A DNA stretch of 62,951 bases, counting the filler, from Hyphochytrium catenoides (taxonomy: Eukaryota > Protista > Hyphochytriomycota): assembly GCA_900088475.1 (NCBI GenBank). It is 9 parts of 9 records of this genome, joined end to end, with 100 filler letters (N's around TTAATTAATTAA, not from the genome) between each part and the next. Parts side by side here need not be neighbours in the genome. Positions count along the whole stretch, not along the records: positions 59,581 to 60,991 come from FLMG01003576.1; positions 61,092 to 62,951 come from FLMG01002683.1; 7 more parts are not named here. One strand, 5' to 3'. The translations under genes were made by a program, and so were the position numbers. Shown here piece after piece: positions 59,581 through 62,951 of the stretch. Every line of letters starts with the position of its first letter. Position 1 is the stretch's first letter. A model generated the notes under the pieces. That model was not told where the DNA came from, searched no databases, and was given only the letters and a program-made list of their open reading frames with translations.

Positions 59581-60908
59581 GCAAGATAATAACCTTTCTT
59601 GAAGGCCGTTTCTCCGAGGCAAAAGTGCGCATCTGGGGCGGTACCGCGGAGAAGATCTCTGATTAGCGGAGACCTGTCAAGGATGTTGATGTCGTTGTTG
59701 GAGCCTGGCATCCCAAAGAATGCATGCCAGATCCAGAGGTCATGGGAAGCAATAGCTTCAAGAACAACTGAAGGATACCTTCCTTTTCCTTTATATTGTC
59801 CTGCCCAAGCTCGCGGACATTTTTCCCAGTACCAGTGCATACAGTCGATGGAACCCAGCATCCCTGGAAATCCTCGAGCCGCGTTTATCCGGAGAAGTCT
59901 TTGAACGTCTTCTTCTGTCGGTGAGCGCATATACTCTCCCTCATATACCTGACAGACTGCGGAGCAGAACCTGTCAAGGCTCTTTAACGTGGTGCTCTCG
60001 GCAATACGAAGGTCTTGATCTAAAGAGTCAGCAGATGCTCCAGTCGTTATCATTTTCCAAGCTGCGACTACCTTCTGCAAACTCGAAAGCCCCAGAACTC
60101 CACACGCGTCTGTCTTTTGAACAAAGTAGCTGTCGGCGGCCACCACTGCATCGTGAACCTTCAAGAAGAGTTCTTTCCGCATACGAAACCTCCTGCGAAA
60201 AATAAAGTCATTATAGACGGGATTATCGCTGAAATAGTCATTCCACAGCTTCTTGTGGCCTAGTTCAGCCCTCTGACGGTCAATGTTCGGGGCCTTTCCA
60301 GCTCGGCTACAGCTCGTGCCATCAGACAGTAGACGATGTCCGTTCAGAAGGCAGTTGAGAATATTGTCTTCGTCATCATCCTCAAACATGAGGAGACGTT
60401 GCAGGTACTGCTGTTGCTGAACCTGCCATCCTTCGAGAGGAGCTACCATAGTTGTTGGTAGAGGAGGAGGAGGAGGGAGAGGACCGTGCGCTGTTGTCTC
60501 AGTGGAAGACAGATTAGATGACGATGATGATGATGGAGATGTAGTCGGCTCGGTAGTAGGGCTCGAAGCGCTACCACCCCTGCTGGTAGAAGAGGAGAAC
60601 ATAACTATGGAAGGCGTCGCCATAACAACCTTTTTGACTACCACTTTGGTGGCATGGGTCGCTGAAGGTTGAATGACGTCAACCTAATTGGCAATGATGA
60701 GATCTTGCGATGATAGCGGCACTTGCTTGTCGCCACCTTCGTTGCCGCCCCGCCCCACAGGAGGCAAGCAGCCACCAGCAGAAGAGATCATCGCGGCTCT
60801 CAGTGCTCGTTTTTTCGCGCCACATTTGCCAAAGCTGAAGCACATAAATAATCAATATTTAGTTTCTCTTCAGTTTTCACGACTGGTTCTCTTTTAGAGA
60901 TGCATTTA
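59581..60908 (-). mobile_element. PIF/Harbinger DNA transposon: intact transposase ORF (60644/60623 to contig end), cut at the second catalytic Asp region
   Basis: LWNDYFSDNPVY..FRRRFRMRKELF..GFPGMLGSIDCMHWYWEKCPRAWAGQYKG..VVLEAIASHDLWIWHAFFGMPGSNNDINILDRSP..KGYYL; intronless with no stops; weak TIR candidate at 60894-60905 next to TTA. Confidence 0.92.
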
Positions 60909-60991
60909 CAGTGCTGGCGGTGCGGAATTGTGTGCTCCTCACTATCTGTAAATTAGAGTGTCAAAATCCGACCAATCACAGCCCTCGAAAT

Positions 60992-61091
60992 NNNNNNNNN
61001 NNNNNNNNNNNNNNNNNNNNNNNNNNNNNNNNNNNTTAATTAATTAANNNNNNNNNNNNNNNNNNNNNNNNNNNNNNNNNNNNNNNNNNNN
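60992..61091. other. artificial contig linker
   Basis: Same 100-nt spacer. Confidence 0.97.
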
Positions 61092-61122
61092 TTTCGTGTG
61101 TTCTCATCCTCGCTCCAGGGGG

Positions 61123-62205
61123 ATGACTGCAGTTGCCCAGTAACGAACAGAGGAGGAGGCGGCATCTGCTGCTAAAGCTGCTGCGCTCAGCTCACCACCA
61201 GCGGCCGATCACCGAGAAGCTTGCTTGCTGGGCATCCTGCTGCTGGCTTTGAGGGCCTAGCAGCAGGACGGATGTCTTGGTAGGCCGCCCAGTCAGGGTT
61301 TGCGGGCTTGGACGCTTTGTTACTACCTCAGAGATGGGCTAGCGAGCCCTGCACTGGTGAGGAGGAGGACGGAGGAGGAGTGGAGAGGCTTAACGCATCC
61401 TAGTGCTACAATGACGACGACGAAGCCAGCTACTCGTCTCATCCTGAGACGAATGCATGGAAGGCAGTTATGCATGATCGGGCGAGGCATTCTACTTGGG
61501 CCCACCTCTCTTAGCAAGGAAAGACGTCACGTAGAATATCTCTTCAGGGTGAAGAAGAGGTATAACAATAAGAGAGCTAATTACTAACAGAAGAACTATG
61601 CCAGGGTTTCAGACCCACTGCTGATGAAAGACGCTGATGATTAGATGAAGAGATTTCTCCAAGTTGGTGAATCCTCCTTGTTTCCTCCTTACGCAGGTGC
61701 TCAAAATGGGCTGAAGCTTCTTCAGGAGGGCTGCTTGTTCCCATCATAGAAAGTCTGGATGAGGAGCTTGTTAGAAACACAACCACTCGGTTGATGCAAG
61801 GCATGCGAAGAACGCCTTGTTCGCAAACTGTGCAGGTCAAACTAAGGCCGTAGCCACTCGCTTGTCGAACGAGGCTCTTTCAGCACTTCTCACTGGTCAA
61901 GGAGTCGGAGAAGCCACGCAGACCTTTTGCCACTGCATTAAGCTAATCTTTTACGATACTTATCGTGATGTCCGTTTATTGAAGCTGTACAGAGCTCTTC
62001 TCAGCGGGAAAACTCTTCGACATATGGCACCTACTTTAGGGAGGGGCTCGAAGGAAGTAGTGAGTAGTATTGCTGAAGACGCTCCTTAATGAAGCGCTTG
62101 CTTCGCCTCAATATGAATGGTAAACACACGACCAGGCTGGCGACAATCACGCTAGAGACTAGTGAAGCACGATGCAACATCCAGATCATAGACGAGAAAC
62201 ATAGG
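61123..62205 (+). pseudogene. possible decayed multi-exon gene
   Basis: Regularly spaced AG/GT-bounded exon-like blocks whose most protein-like frames contain in-frame TAG/TAA; no recognisable family. Confidence 0.2.
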
Positions 62206-62951
62206 TAAGAAGCTGCTGCCGTGAACCTGATGAGCAGCAGAAGAGCGCCTCATCTTGAATCGGTACATAATAGACAGCAGGTGACTTGAACTTCCTGGGA
62301 CATCCTAGGCGTGGGTTCGGCTGCGTCCTAATAATCATCGGCAGTGAGAGCGAGCTCTTGTCTTCTCATGTAAGGTTTCCCTTTTATGTTTGCAGCTCAA
62401 TGGCAAATCTTCTTACGGTTTACAGGTCGGTGACGGCAGTGGTGTCGCTACTGTCCTCCGCCTAACGGCGTACAACGTTTCTACTTCTTGCAAGCTTCCC
62501 CTCAGCGTATCTACCCAGACTCAATATAAGTTGCAAGCGTCTTGGGATGCTTAGCTGGGACTGGCCTTTGTAGAAGAATCGGTAGAGGATCATTAGACCC
62601 ACTGAACGAGCTAAAATGAAAGTTCACTTCCCATTATGGACGGCACTTAATAATAACCTTCTTTGAAACCTCTCTCTATGGAAAAGGAGACAGAGCTGGT
62701 CCGTCGGTCCTCCCATTTATAAACGAGTCTCTTCCCTAGTCACTTAGTCACGTTCAATAGCCATCCTTATTGAAAGTCCTTACTCGCCCTGGTTCGCACG
62801 CTTCTTGAGCTCACTCAGGAAAGAGAGCTTCGGACCTCCTGGTCCACCTCCTGGAAGACCAAAGGGAAGCTTCGGGGCGGGTGACTCTGAACAATGAGAA
62901 AGACCAATTTAGATAAAGACGCTTTATAGGCAGAGAAAAGAACGGCAGCAG

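Noticed and set aside
1-62951. tRNA, rRNA, CRISPR arrays, introner-like repeated introns, alternative genetic code
   Set aside because: No cloverleaf, rRNA or repeat-spacer pattern seen by eye; introns share only simple repeats; confident genes translate and stop under the standard code. Small ncRNAs cannot be excluded without Infernal/tRNAscan.

Overview
Eukaryotic (protist-type, plausibly stramenopile; that assignment is an inference) nuclear DNA. It uses the standard genetic code, has GT-AG introns and carries very abundant (AG)n/(CT)n microsatellites. The window is not one locus: nine separate assembly pieces are joined by eight identical artificial 100-nt linkers (44 N + TTAATTAATTAA + 44 N), and there are six ordinary N gaps. 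By splicing exons by hand I reconstructed TIP41/TIPRL (3' part), ubiquilin/DSK2, a CDK7/CDK20-like kinase, a Zn-finger + MYND + ARM-like protein, RABL6, TMEM14/FAX, a LYR protein, an NHL-repeat protein, a YHM2-like mitochondrial carrier, CDC123 and an inositol 5-phosphatase. Also present are a very large UBZ-FN3-coiled-coil-TPR-WD40-LysM protein, a secreted beta/gamma-crystallin-GH76 fusion, an intronless F-box-like gene, a membrane-anchored GH37 trehalase, a TerB-like-domain gene fragment and a PIF/Harbinger transposase. The best novelty candidates are the giant LysM/WD40/FN3 scaffold, which carries a three-copy ~39-aa repeat I cannot name, and the crystallin-GH76 fusion. I found no rRNA, tRNA, CRISPR array, alternative genetic code or required non-canonical splice site. 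All domain calls are motif recognition by eye, not database searches.
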